Of a stretch of 64,000 bases of DNA, positions 1-9,256 are shown piece by piece. A model generated the notes under the pieces. The model did not search any database. It had not been told where the DNA came from and was given only the letters and a program-made list of their open reading frames with translations. The position numbers and the translations under genes were made by a program. This DNA comes from an uncultured Oscillospiraceae bacterium (lineage in GTDB: Bacteria > Bacillota > Clostridia > Christensenellales > CAG-138), in contig CAYYUV010000006.1 in the NCBI GenBank assembly GCA_964474405.1, positions 4,779-68,778 on the forward strand, in the 5' to 3' direction. Each line of letters begins with the position of its first letter. Position 1 is the first letter of the stretch.

Positions 1-602
1 TGGACTGCGTGTCGGCCGCGGGCGGCGAGCTGATCAACGTAGTGGATAAGAACATCTCCATTGCCACTTCCGTCGGCGGCAAATGCGTGGGCGCGTTTCC
101 GGGCTCTGCATATGTGTGCATCAAGGAAGATCTGGTGAAAACCATCACGGCGGATCAGTGCAAGAACGTGTATTTGAACCTATATAAGCATTACCAGAGC
201 GCGGTCACGACGCATCAGACGCCGAACACGCCGAATGTCAACCTGTTCTGGCCGCTGAACCGGGCGCTGTCAAACATCATGGAAGAAGGCCTGGAGAACC
301 GCGTGGAGGGCCGCAAACGCTGTGCAAAGATCCTGCGCGACGGCTGCAAGAAGCTTGGCCTCCGCATCCTGCTGGATGAGCACATGTCCAACACCGTCAC
401 GTCGGTGTTCCTGCCGGAGGGGATCGATCTTGGCAAGTTCCTCAGCGCCATGGGCGACCGCGGCTACACGCTGTACAAGGGCAAGGGCAAATACGAGCAG
501 ATGGGCATGTTCCAGATCGCCAACATGGGCGAGATCTACGAACAGGATTGCCGCACCTTCCTGTTGGTGCTGGCCGATTGTCTCAAGGAGCTCGGCGCTT
601 AA
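1..602 (+). CDS. class V PLP-dependent aminotransferase (AGXT/PhnW-like), C-terminal part; 5' end lies upstream of the window
   Basis: ORF 9..602 stays open to the window edge. The translation has a GGKC lysine context and the C-terminal GYTLYKGKGKYEQMGMFQIANMGEI block, which is typical of class V aminotransferases. GC3 bias is strong. Confidence 0.6.
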   Translation, partial: DCVSAAGGELINVVDKNISIATSVGGKCVGAFPGSAYVCIKEDLVKTITADQCKNVYLNLYKHYQSAVTTHQTPNTPNVNLFWPLNRALSNIMEEGLENRVEGRKRCAKILRDGCKKLGLRILLDEHMSNTVTSVFLPEGIDLGKFLSAMGDRGYTLYKGKGKYEQMGMFQIANMGEIYEQDCRTFLLVLADCLKELGA

Positions 603-658
603 TTTTCCAACCCGCGCGGCGCGGTTACCACGGCATACGCAATCGAAGGAGTGATAAT

Positions 659-1798
659 GTGAGCAAGACATCCGAGAACAATGCAATCGGAAAGCGTTCG
701 GCACGGGAGATCATCTCTGCGGATCGCATCATCCCGCTGGCGATCCTTGTGATCCTGTGCGCGTTCATCGGCATCATCAACCCGCAGTTCTTTACCTGGA
801 CCAAATGGCAGAATACGTTCATGCAGGTCTCCAACGTCGGTATCATCGCGTTGGGCGCCATGCTGGTTATCACATCTGGCGGTCTGGACTTTACGGCGGG
901 CGACGGTGTAACCCTGGCGGGCACATTCACGGCCATGGTGTTCGTCCTCTTCAATACGAACTTGGGCTTCACCTACGGCATGTCGTGGGTTACGAACCTG
1001 ATGGCCATCATCGCCGGCGTTGGCATGGGCGCAATCATGGGCGGGATCAGCGGCCTGATCATCACAAAGCTCAAGATTCAGCCTTTTATTACGACCTTGG
1101 CCATGATGACGATCATTAAGGGGTTCATGCTGTTCCTGTCGGAGGGCCGCATCATTCATCTGGATGTTGCCGGCGCGACATTCAAAAAGATCGGACAGGG
1201 CATCATCCCGTTTCCCGGCGCGCTTGGGACAAGCGCCCAGGGCAATGTGCAGGGTATCCCGGTGGCCTTCGTCATCTTTGTTGCAATCGCCATCATTATT
1301 GCAATCCTCCTCAAACGCACTCGCTTTGGCCAGGCCATCTTTGCGATGGGCGGCAACGAAGAGGCTGCGCGCCTTGCCGGTGTTCGCGTGGACTGGTACC
1401 GTTTCTGGGTATTCACGCTGGCTGGCGCCCTGACCGGAGCAGGTGCCATCATTACGCTTGCCCGTGCCGCATCCATCGGCATTTCGCTGGGCGGTACTAC
1501 GCTGCTGATGGACGTCGTTGCAGCTGCTGTTATCGGCGGAACAAGCGTGTCGGGCGGCAAGTGCAACGTGTTCGGCGTGATTGTCGGCGCATTCATCATC
1601 GTCACGATCACCTCCGCGCTGAACTATCTCAACATCGATACCAACTGGCGCACCGCCGTGAAGGGCTTCATCATCCTTGCCGCGCTTTGCATCGACATCG
1701 TCGCAAAACGGATCAGCCAGCGCGCACAGGAACGTGAGGCGATTCGTCTGGCCGAGGAGCGCCATCAGAAGCTGGGTATCGGCATCGAAAAGAATTAA
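659..1798 (+). CDS. sugar-type (CUT2/RbsC-like) ABC transporter permease
   Basis: GTG 659 is in frame with ORF 548..1798 and preceded by GGAG at 648-651. The protein is multi-TM and hydrophobic, with the RbsC/AraH-type segment RTRFGQAIFAMGGNEEAARLAGV. Confidence 0.8.
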   Translation: MSKTSENNAIGKRSAREIISADRIIPLAILVILCAFIGIINPQFFTWTKWQNTFMQVSNVGIIALGAMLVITSGGLDFTAGDGVTLAGTFTAMVFVLFNTNLGFTYGMSWVTNLMAIIAGVGMGAIMGGISGLIITKLKIQPFITTLAMMTIIKGFMLFLSEGRIIHLDVAGATFKKIGQGIIPFPGALGTSAQGNVQGIPVAFVIFVAIAIIIAILLKRTRFGQAIFAMGGNEEAARLAGVRVDWYRFWVFTLAGALTGAGAIITLARAASIGISLGGTTLLMDVVAAAVIGGTSVSGGKCNVFGVIVGAFIIVTITSALNYLNIDTNWRTAVKGFIILAALCIDIVAKRISQRAQEREAIRLAEERHQKLGIGIEKN

Positions 1799-1849
1799 GC
1801 TTTGCCTTACAAATAAGGCAATGAACAAAAAATAAAGGAGAAGACAGAA

Positions 1850-2974
1850 ATGAAGAAACTGGTAGCAATCCTGTTGGTTCTGATGCTCGCGTTCGCGATC
1901 GTTGGCTGCACCAAGACCGAGGCGCCGGCCGTCGAAGAACCCGCTGCGGAAGAACCCGCCAGTGCTGATGATATCGTGGATAACGCGATCGACACCAGCG
2001 GCGAAGATGTGGAGGTACCGACCGAGGGCTACAAATTCGGCGCAGTTATGATGTCGCTGAACGCCCCCATCTGGATCGAGCTGATGGAGTACGGCGATCA
2101 GTGCGCCGCGACCTACAACAGCACGGTTGAGTGGAAGAGCGCCGAAGGTTCCCTGGAGAATCAGATCGCCATGGTTGAGGCGTTCATTGAGCAGGGCGTC
2201 GATGTCATCATGATCGACCCGTTCGATGCAGTCTCCGTCATCCCGGTCATCCAGGAAGCTCTGGAAGCTGGTATCGGCTTCATCACGATGGGCAACCTCG
2301 TTGAGGGCTACACCGAGGACGGTTCCCTCTACAACACCTGCACCACGTATCCTGACGTCCGCGACACCTCTGCTCTGACCGATCTTCTGATCGTCATGGG
2401 CGGCACGGACAAGACCTACATCGGCATCTCCGGCCTGGTCGGCAACTTCGTTTCCGACACCCGTGAGAAGGCATTCATCGACACCTGCGAAGCTGCTGGC
2501 GTCAAGTATCTGGTTGCACAGGGCGGCTGGGACACCACCAAGAACCTGCAGGTCACCGAGGACCTCGTGGCGCAGGCCGGCGAGAACCTTGGCGGTATGT
2601 ACAACCTGGACGACTCCATGTGTCTGCAGTCCATGCAGGCGACCCCGGCGGGGCTGCCTGTCTGCGGCCACAACGGTGAGTCCGCTGCTTACGATTCCAT
2701 CGAAGCCGGCGAAATGACCGCGACCATCCTCATCGGCGGTGCGCACATCGGCTACTGGAACGTTCTGACCGCTGTCAAGCTGGCGCAGGGCGAGAAGTTG
2801 GATCATCAGGTTTATCTGAAGACCTACATCGTCATGAATCAGGACACGATCGACAATTACTGGACGCCCACCCTGGCCGCGAAGTATCCGTCCCTCGAGG
2901 CGGTCACCGTTGCCCAGGCTCGTGAGCTCGCTCTGCAGCCGGCCGAGATGCTGGATGCCGCAAGCGCGAAATAA
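1850..2974 (+). CDS. ABC transporter substrate-binding lipoprotein (type I periplasmic sugar-binding fold)
   Basis: Signal peptide plus lipobox (MKKLVAILLVLMLAFAIVGC), followed by a Pro/Glu/Ala linker. Length and sequence are RbsB-like, and the gene sits between two permease genes. Confidence 0.75.
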   Translation: MKKLVAILLVLMLAFAIVGCTKTEAPAVEEPAAEEPASADDIVDNAIDTSGEDVEVPTEGYKFGAVMMSLNAPIWIELMEYGDQCAATYNSTVEWKSAEGSLENQIAMVEAFIEQGVDVIMIDPFDAVSVIPVIQEALEAGIGFITMGNLVEGYTEDGSLYNTCTTYPDVRDTSALTDLLIVMGGTDKTYIGISGLVGNFVSDTREKAFIDTCEAAGVKYLVAQGGWDTTKNLQVTEDLVAQAGENLGGMYNLDDSMCLQSMQATPAGLPVCGHNGESAAYDSIEAGEMTATILIGGAHIGYWNVLTAVKLAQGEKLDHQVYLKTYIVMNQDTIDNYWTPTLAAKYPSLEAVTVAQARELALQPAEMLDAASAK

Positions 2975-3188
2975 CTGTTGACACTGTTGTCGAAGGGCGC
3001 AATCATGCGCCCTTCGGCAAAACCTCCGGCTTTTCCTTCCGGCCCGTGGCCGCCGCATGTATCCTTATAACCCCTTCGGGCACGATGCCCGCTGGCTTTG
3101 AATGTAATCGGGAGCTTTTCCCTGACAACATAAATCGAACCCTTCCGTGCAAACGGAACACTTTCACCACTGTATTGGAGATGTAAAG

Positions 3189-5765
3189 ATGGGCGCAATC
3201 AAAACCTCGCTGCAGAAGAATATCCGCTACTGGATTCTGATCGCCATGTGCGTCATCCTGTTCGTACTGTTTTCTGTGATGTCGGACAGCTTTTTGAGCA
3301 TTGGCACGATGATGAACATCCTACGGCAGAACGCCGTGTACTGCATTGCATCGCTCGGTATGCTGCTGGCAATGCTGACGGGCGGTCTGGATCTGTCCAT
3401 CGGCACGACCGGCGCGCTTGCCACGATCTTGGCGGCCATGTTCCTGCGTGATACGCAGCTGGCGGCAGTTCCCGCCGCGGCTGTTGCGTTTCTGATCATC
3501 ATTGTGACCGGCGTCGTGGTCGGCGCCCTCAACGGCGCGCTGATCGGCTATCTGAATATCAGCCCGTTTATGACAACGCTTGCGATGCAGTTCATCACAT
3601 CCGGCGCGGCCATGGCCATTTCCGCCAACAACCGCATCATTGTTGAGAATAAGATCGTTGCCTGGATCGGCGCAGCCAATATCAAGTTTCAGCTTGCAAA
3701 CGGCGTGATGAAACTTCCTGTATCGTTAATCCTTGTGATTGTTTCGATCGCCGCGGTATACATCTTAATACGTTGCACCAAGCTTGGCCGCAACATCTAT
3801 GCGGTCGGCGGCAACCGTACCGCTGCGCGCTGCTCCGGCATCAACGCAAATCTCATCATCTTTGTCACCTATGTGATCTGCGCCGTGCTGATGTGCATTG
3901 CGGCAACCGTCTGGATCGGCCGTACAAGCGCTGCAACGCCTTCCGCAGGCGCCGGCGTGGAGTTTACGGTTCTTACCTGCGTCATCATCGGCGGCTGCTC
4001 GCTGGCCGGCGGCGTTGGAACGATCGGCGGTACGCTGCTGGGCGTGCTGCTTATGGCGCTCATCAATTCCGGTCTTGCCATGGTCAATACGCCGGTATAT
4101 TCGACCTATTGGATCCAGGGCGGGCTGATCCTGATCTCTGTGTTTGCCGACATGCAGTTCGGCCATCAGCGCGTGCATCATGTTAAGGATGCGCACCGCG
4201 TTACCGGGCAGCAGATACGTCACAACGAAGATCAGGTGCTTCAGTTGATCAAGAACGACAAGCAGACCTGTCTGGAGCTGTCGCATATTTCCAAGGAGTT
4301 CCCCGGCGTCAAGGCGCTGGACGATGTCAGCCTAAAGATCGAGCGCGGCAAGGTTCACGCCATCATGGGCGAGAACGGCGCGGGCAAATCCACCCTGATG
4401 AAGGTTCTGACCGGCGTCTATTCCTGTGATAACGGAACCGTCAGCATCAACGGGCTCCCCATTCATGTAGATAACCCGACCGAGGCCGCTTCCTACGGCA
4501 TCTCGATCATCTATCAGGAGTTTGCGCTTGTGCCGCTGATGAGCATTGCGCAGAACGTGTTCCTCGGCAAGGAAATCCCGGCGAAGATTCGATGCTTCAT
4601 TGACCGCAAGAAAATGAAAACGGAGGCTGCGCGTCAGCTCGCCGCCGTCAATATGCACATGGATACCAGCATCCCGGTTTCCGAGTGCAAGGTCGGTCAG
4701 CAGCAGATGATTGAGATCGGCAAGGCCATCGGCTCCAACGCATGGGTTGTCGTCATGGACGAGCCGACCGGCGCCATCACCGAAGAGGAGAAGAACCGGC
4801 TGTTCGGCATCATCCGCGATTTGAAGGAGAAGAACGTTGCCATCGTTTATATTTCCCACCGCATGGCTGAGATATTTGAGATCGCCGATGAGGTTACGGT
4901 GCTGCGCGACGGCCAGCATGTCATGACCGCGCCGGTGTCCGAGGTCAACGAGCAGATGCTCATCCGCGCCATGGTTGGCCGCGAGCTGAGCGATATCTTT
5001 AACCGCGAAAAAGCAGAGCTCGGCGATGTCGTTCTGGATGTCAAAAATCTCGAGCGCAAGGGCGTGTTCGCCCCGATCAGCTTCCAGGTGCGGGCGGGCG
5101 AGGTGCTTGGCTTCTCCGGTCTGATCGGCGCAGGACGCACCGAGATCATGCGCTGCCTGTTTGGTCTGGACAAATTTGACCGTGGCGAGATCTATGTCAA
5201 CGGAAAGTCGGTTCATGTACATACGCCGCAGGACGCGATTCACGCCGGCATCTGCATGGTTTCGGAGGATCGCCGCCGAGAGGGCATCATTCCGCCGATG
5301 AGCGTCAAGCAGAACATCGTCATTCCGTCGCTGCCAAGCATGTCGAAGGGTGGGTTTGTCAGCGCCAAGAAGGAATCTGCCGTTGCGGACGAGTATATTA
5401 GTAAATTGAACATCAAAACTCCCACCGTCGATCAGCTCATACGCAATCTGTCCGGCGGCAACCAACAGAAGGTGTGCCTTGCCAAGTGGCTGGCCGTCGA
5501 TCCCAAGATCATTATCTTTGACGAACCGACCCGCGGCATCGACGTCGGCGCAAAGGCCGAGATTCACAAGATCATTGAGCAGCTGGCCAAACAGGGCATG
5601 GCGATCATCCTGATCTCCTCCGAATTGCCCGAGATTCTCGGTGCGAGCGATCGCATCATCGTCCTCTATGAGGGCGTCAAGTTTGGCGAGTATGTGGCTG
5701 ACGAAACGGTCACGCAGGAAGTTATTATGGCAAGTGCCTCCGGCATACAGGCATGCCCACAATAA
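3189..5765 (+). CDS. fused ABC permease (N-terminal, RbsC-like) plus tandem-NBD ATPase (C-terminal, RbsA-like)
   Basis: ATG 3189 has GGAG 8 nt upstream. About 330 aa form a multi-TM permease (GRNIYAVGGNRTAARCSGI). The same frame then carries Walker A GENGAGKST (about 4368-4394), a second P-loop GLIGAGRTE (about 5119-5145) and the ABC signature LSGGNQQK (about 5449-5472). No stop separates the domains. Confidence 0.75.
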   Translation: MGAIKTSLQKNIRYWILIAMCVILFVLFSVMSDSFLSIGTMMNILRQNAVYCIASLGMLLAMLTGGLDLSIGTTGALATILAAMFLRDTQLAAVPAAAVAFLIIIVTGVVVGALNGALIGYLNISPFMTTLAMQFITSGAAMAISANNRIIVENKIVAWIGAANIKFQLANGVMKLPVSLILVIVSIAAVYILIRCTKLGRNIYAVGGNRTAARCSGINANLIIFVTYVICAVLMCIAATVWIGRTSAATPSAGAGVEFTVLTCVIIGGCSLAGGVGTIGGTLLGVLLMALINSGLAMVNTPVYSTYWIQGGLILISVFADMQFGHQRVHHVKDAHRVTGQQIRHNEDQVLQLIKNDKQTCLELSHISKEFPGVKALDDVSLKIERGKVHAIMGENGAGKSTLMKVLTGVYSCDNGTVSINGLPIHVDNPTEAASYGISIIYQEFALVPLMSIAQNVFLGKEIPAKIRCFIDRKKMKTEAARQLAAVNMHMDTSIPVSECKVGQQQMIEIGKAIGSNAWVVVMDEPTGAITEEEKNRLFGIIRDLKEKNVAIVYISHRMAEIFEIADEVTVLRDGQHVMTAPVSEVNEQMLIRAMVGRELSDIFNREKAELGDVVLDVKNLERKGVFAPISFQVRAGEVLGFSGLIGAGRTEIMRCLFGLDKFDRGEIYVNGKSVHVHTPQDAIHAGICMVSEDRRREGIIPPMSVKQNIVIPSLPSMSKGGFVSAKKESAVADEYISKLNIKTPTVDQLIRNLSGGNQQKVCLAKWLAVDPKIIIFDEPTRGIDVGAKAEIHKIIEQLAKQGMAIILISSELPEILGASDRIIVLYEGVKFGEYVADETVTQEVIMASASGIQACPQ

Positions 5766-5791
5766 AAATAACGAATGAGGAGGTTGTAAGA

Positions 5792-6766
5792 ATGTCTTAC
5801 GACAAAAAGTTCCAACTGGACATGTACAAAAAGATGCTCGAGCTGCGCGTTTTTGAACATACAGTTCAGCAGATGTACGAAGAAGGATTCATACCCAACT
5901 CTGCACATTTGTACGCAGGCGAAGAAGCGATTGCATCCGGTATCTGCATGGCTATGCGTCCCGATGACTATATGCTGCCGTCCCACCGCGGTCATGGACA
6001 GATCCTCGCCAAGGGCTGCGATATGAACCGTATGATGGCGGAGCTGTTTGGCAAGGCGGATGGCTACTGCAAGGGCAAAGGCGGCTCCATGCATCTGGCG
6101 GTTGCCGATCATGGCGTGCTTGGCTCCATCGGTATCGTTGGCTCCAACATGTCGCTGGCCGTGGGCGCCGGCATGGCTGCCAAGAAGAACGGCAAGGGAC
6201 AGGTCGCTGTCTGCTTCTTTGGCGACGGCGCTGCCAACCGCGGCACGTTCCATGAGAGCATGAACATGGCTTCCATCCAGAACCTGCCCATTATCTATGT
6301 GCTTGAAAACAACTTCTACGCAATCTCCGAATGCTCGCGCGATATGACCAACATTGAGAAGTTTTCCGTGCGCGCGCAGGGCTACGGCGTCCCCGGCTAT
6401 ACCGTAGACGGCAACAACCCGTGGGAAGTTTTCGAGTATGCACAAAAGGCGATCGAGCGCGCCCGCAACGGCGAGGGCCCGACGCTTCTGGAGTGCGTCA
6501 CCTGGCGTCATTACGGACATTATGAGGGCGATCCCGATGCCCGTCAGTGGATCTATCGCAACAAGGAAGAGCACGAGAAGTGGATGAAGCGCGATCCGAT
6601 CCCCAACACCCGCAAGGAACTGCTGAATGACAAAGTCGCATCCGAGGATGAGCTCAAGGCAATCGAGAAGGAAGTCGATACCGCCGTTGAGGCCGCGGTG
6701 CAGTTTGCACATAACAGCCCGTGGCCGGATGTGAGCGAGACCTACACCGACGTGTACGCCGACTAA
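5792..6766 (+). CDS. TPP-dependent 2-oxoacid/acetoin dehydrogenase E1 alpha subunit
   Basis: AGGAGG RBS precedes ATG 5792. TPP-binding motif GDGAANRGTFHESMNMASIQNLPIIYVLENN is present, and length is typical (about 324 aa). Confidence 0.85.
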   Translation: MSYDKKFQLDMYKKMLELRVFEHTVQQMYEEGFIPNSAHLYAGEEAIASGICMAMRPDDYMLPSHRGHGQILAKGCDMNRMMAELFGKADGYCKGKGGSMHLAVADHGVLGSIGIVGSNMSLAVGAGMAAKKNGKGQVAVCFFGDGAANRGTFHESMNMASIQNLPIIYVLENNFYAISECSRDMTNIEKFSVRAQGYGVPGYTVDGNNPWEVFEYAQKAIERARNGEGPTLLECVTWRHYGHYEGDPDARQWIYRNKEEHEKWMKRDPIPNTRKELLNDKVASEDELKAIEKEVDTAVEAAVQFAHNSPWPDVSETYTDVYAD

Positions 6767-6792
6767 GGCCGCAGTGCAGAAAGGAAAACAGC

Positions 6793-7764
6793 ATGAGAGA
6801 GATTACTTACAGAGAAGCAGTCATTGAAGCGATGGACATTGAGCTCGGCCGTGATTCCAAGACGTATCTGGCGGGCGAGGACATCGGCGCTTTCGGCGGC
6901 GCGTTCGGCGCATCTGCCGGGTTGCTGAAGAAGTACGGCAAGGATAAGGTCATCGACACGCCGATCAGCGAAACCGCCATCGTCGGCATGGGCGTGGGCT
7001 CCGCGGTTCTGGGCTATCGTCCGATCGTTGAGGTCATGTATATGGACTTTATCGGCGTCTGCATGGATGAGATCATGAATCAGGCCGGCAAATTCCGCTA
7101 TATGTTCGGCGGCCAGATGAACGTGCCTCTGACCATTCGGATGTGCGGTGGCAGCACCGTTTACGGCGCGGCACACCATTCCCAGTGCCTCGAGTCGATG
7201 CTGTGCCACGTTCCCGGCATCAAGGTCGTCATGCCCGCCACCCCGGCCGACATGAAGGGACTTTTGGCGTCCGCCGTTCGTGACAACAACCCCGTCATCG
7301 TTGTGGAGCACAAGGGCTGCTACAACATCAAGGGCGCTTGCCCCGAGGGCGAGTATCTTGTACCGATCGGCAAGGCAGAGACGGTGCGCGAGGGCAAGGA
7401 TGTCACGCTCGTTACCTGGAGCCTGATGCGCTATAAGTGCGTCGAAGCTGCCGAACGTCTGGCCAAGGAAGGCATCGACTGCGAGATCATCGATCTGCGC
7501 ACGCTGAAGCCCTTTGACAAGGAGGCTGTCTTTAATTCCGTCAAGAAGACGCATAAGCTGGTTGTCGTTCACGAAGCGAACAAGACCTGCGGACTCGGCG
7601 CTGAGATTGCCGCCTGCGTCGCTGAGGACTGCATCGAGGATCTGGATGCGCCCGTCGTGCGCGTCGCCGGTCCTGACACCTCCGTTCCGTTCAGCCCCCC
7701 GCTCGAGGAGGAGTTTCGCGTCAATGCCGACGATATCATTGCCGGCGTAAAGAAAATCATCTGA
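6793..7764 (+). CDS. 2-oxoacid/acetoin dehydrogenase E1 beta subunit
   Basis: Starts MREITYREAV; contains DTPISETAIVGMGVGSAVLGYRPIVEVMYMDF, typical of E1 beta/transketolase-like pyrimidine-binding domains. Confidence 0.85.
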   Translation: MREITYREAVIEAMDIELGRDSKTYLAGEDIGAFGGAFGASAGLLKKYGKDKVIDTPISETAIVGMGVGSAVLGYRPIVEVMYMDFIGVCMDEIMNQAGKFRYMFGGQMNVPLTIRMCGGSTVYGAAHHSQCLESMLCHVPGIKVVMPATPADMKGLLASAVRDNNPVIVVEHKGCYNIKGACPEGEYLVPIGKAETVREGKDVTLVTWSLMRYKCVEAAERLAKEGIDCEIIDLRTLKPFDKEAVFNSVKKTHKLVVVHEANKTCGLGAEIAACVAEDCIEDLDAPVVRVAGPDTSVPFSPPLEEEFRVNADDIIAGVKKII

Positions 7765-7779
7765 TTGTTTGATATCGGG

Positions 7780-7825
7780 GAAAGGCCGTAGCCATAGCTA
7801 TGTCTTGGGTACGGCTTTTCTTCTG
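7780..7825 (+). terminator. intra-operon stem-loop (possible attenuator or mRNA-stabilising hairpin) between E1 beta and E2
   Basis: An 11-bp stem (7780-7790 pairs with 7810-7820, one G-U), a 19-nt loop, and the T-rich run cttttcttc overlapping and following the 3' arm. Confidence 0.3.
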
Positions 7826-7846
7826 ATGATTAAGGAGGACAAAGTT

Positions 7847-9244
7847 ATGGCACAAAGAGTGATCATCCCGCGCATGGGTCAAACCATGACCGAGGGCGTG
7901 GTAGCAAAGTTTTATGTCCGTGACGGCGACGCCGTTGATGCGGGCAGTGACATTTACGAGCTGGAATATGACAAATCCACAGCGACCATTCAGGCAAAGA
8001 AGGCGGGCGTTATCCGGCTTCTGGTTGCGGAAGGCGCGACGGTTCCTCTCGGCGAAGCGGTCGCCGTGATACTTGAGAACGGGGAAACGCTCGACAGTGT
8101 CAACATCGCGGGCGATCACGCGGTAGCCAATGCCGCAAAGGGTGCGGAGGCCACCGCTGCGGAGGAGCAGAAGGCGGAAAAGCCCGCGGCTCCCGCCGCC
8201 GGTTACGGTGCATCCATTATGGTCAAGCGTCTTGCCAAGGAGATGGGCATTGACCTTCAGGATGTGGTTCCGGCCGACGGTGCGCGCATCTCAAAAGAAG
8301 ATCTGGAGGCGTATGCGGCCAAGGCCAAGGTAACGCCTGCCGCTCCCGTCGTCGCTGCCGTGCCGGCTCCCGCGCCGGCCGCACAGAGCGTATCTGCGTC
8401 GCCGCTTGCCAAGAAGCTTGCAAGCGAGCTCGGCGTGGATATCGCGGCTGTCACCCCGGCTGACGGTCGCCGTATCACAAGAGAGGACGTGCAGCAGTAT
8501 GCCGATGCGCATCAGACTGCCGCGCCCGCTGCCGCTGCTGCGCCTGTCGCCCGCGCGGATCGCAGAGAGCCGATGCGCACCATGCGCAAGACCATCTCCG
8601 CCCGCATGAGCGAGAGCTATTTTACCTGCCCAACTGTCACGCTGACCACGGATGCGGACATGTTTGAGCTGATGAAGCTGCGCACCCAGCTCAATGAAGA
8701 ATTTGCCAAGAAAAATATCAAGCTGTCCATCACCGACATGCTGATCAAGGTTGTGGCCAAGGCACTTGCCGACAATGAGATCATCAATACGTCGATCGAA
8801 GGCAACGAGATTGTCTACCACGGCGATATCAACATCGGCGTTGCGGTCGCTCTGGACAACGGGCTGCTGGTGCCGGTTTTGAGGCACGCGGATCAACTGT
8901 CGCTTGAGCAGATCAGCCAGGAGATGAAGCGGCTGATTAAGCTGGCCAAGGACGGCAAGCTGTCGGGCGACGACATGACCGGTGGTACGTTCTCAATCAC
9001 CAACCTGGGCGTTTCCGGCATCGATGCGTTCAACCCGATCATCAACCTGCCGCAGAGCGCGATTCTGGGCATCGGCCGCACGGTCGAAAAGCCGGTCGTT
9101 CTTGACGGCAAGATCGCGGTTCGTCCGCGCGCAGTGCTGTCGATCACGCATGATCATCGCGTCATAGACGGCGTGCCCGCGGCAGACTTTTTGAAGTCGT
9201 GCGTGCATTATATCGAGAAGCCGTTTTTGCTGCTGATGGACTGA
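7847..9244 (+). CDS. dihydrolipoamide acyltransferase E2 component
   Basis: AAGGAGG RBS. N-terminal lipoyl domain (ELEYDKSTATIQAKKAG), Ala/Pro linkers, two subunit-binding-like segments (for example SPLAKKLASELGVDIAAV), and a catalytic C-terminus with DHRVIDG. Confidence 0.85.
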   Translation: MAQRVIIPRMGQTMTEGVVAKFYVRDGDAVDAGSDIYELEYDKSTATIQAKKAGVIRLLVAEGATVPLGEAVAVILENGETLDSVNIAGDHAVANAAKGAEATAAEEQKAEKPAAPAAGYGASIMVKRLAKEMGIDLQDVVPADGARISKEDLEAYAAKAKVTPAAPVVAAVPAPAPAAQSVSASPLAKKLASELGVDIAAVTPADGRRITREDVQQYADAHQTAAPAAAAAPVARADRREPMRTMRKTISARMSESYFTCPTVTLTTDADMFELMKLRTQLNEEFAKKNIKLSITDMLIKVVAKALADNEIINTSIEGNEIVYHGDINIGVAVALDNGLLVPVLRHADQLSLEQISQEMKRLIKLAKDGKLSGDDMTGGTFSITNLGVSGIDAFNPIINLPQSAILGIGRTVEKPVVLDGKIAVRPRAVLSITHDHRVIDGVPAADFLKSCVHYIEKPFLLLMD

Positions 9245-9256
9245 AGGAGATAAGCT

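Noticed and set aside
599-3058. 819-aa minus-strand ORF spanning the ABC permease and binding-protein genes.
   Set aside because: It is a shadow ORF crossing two well-supported + strand genes and their intergenic region. Its composition is Arg/Asp/Gly/His-rich and non-protein-like.
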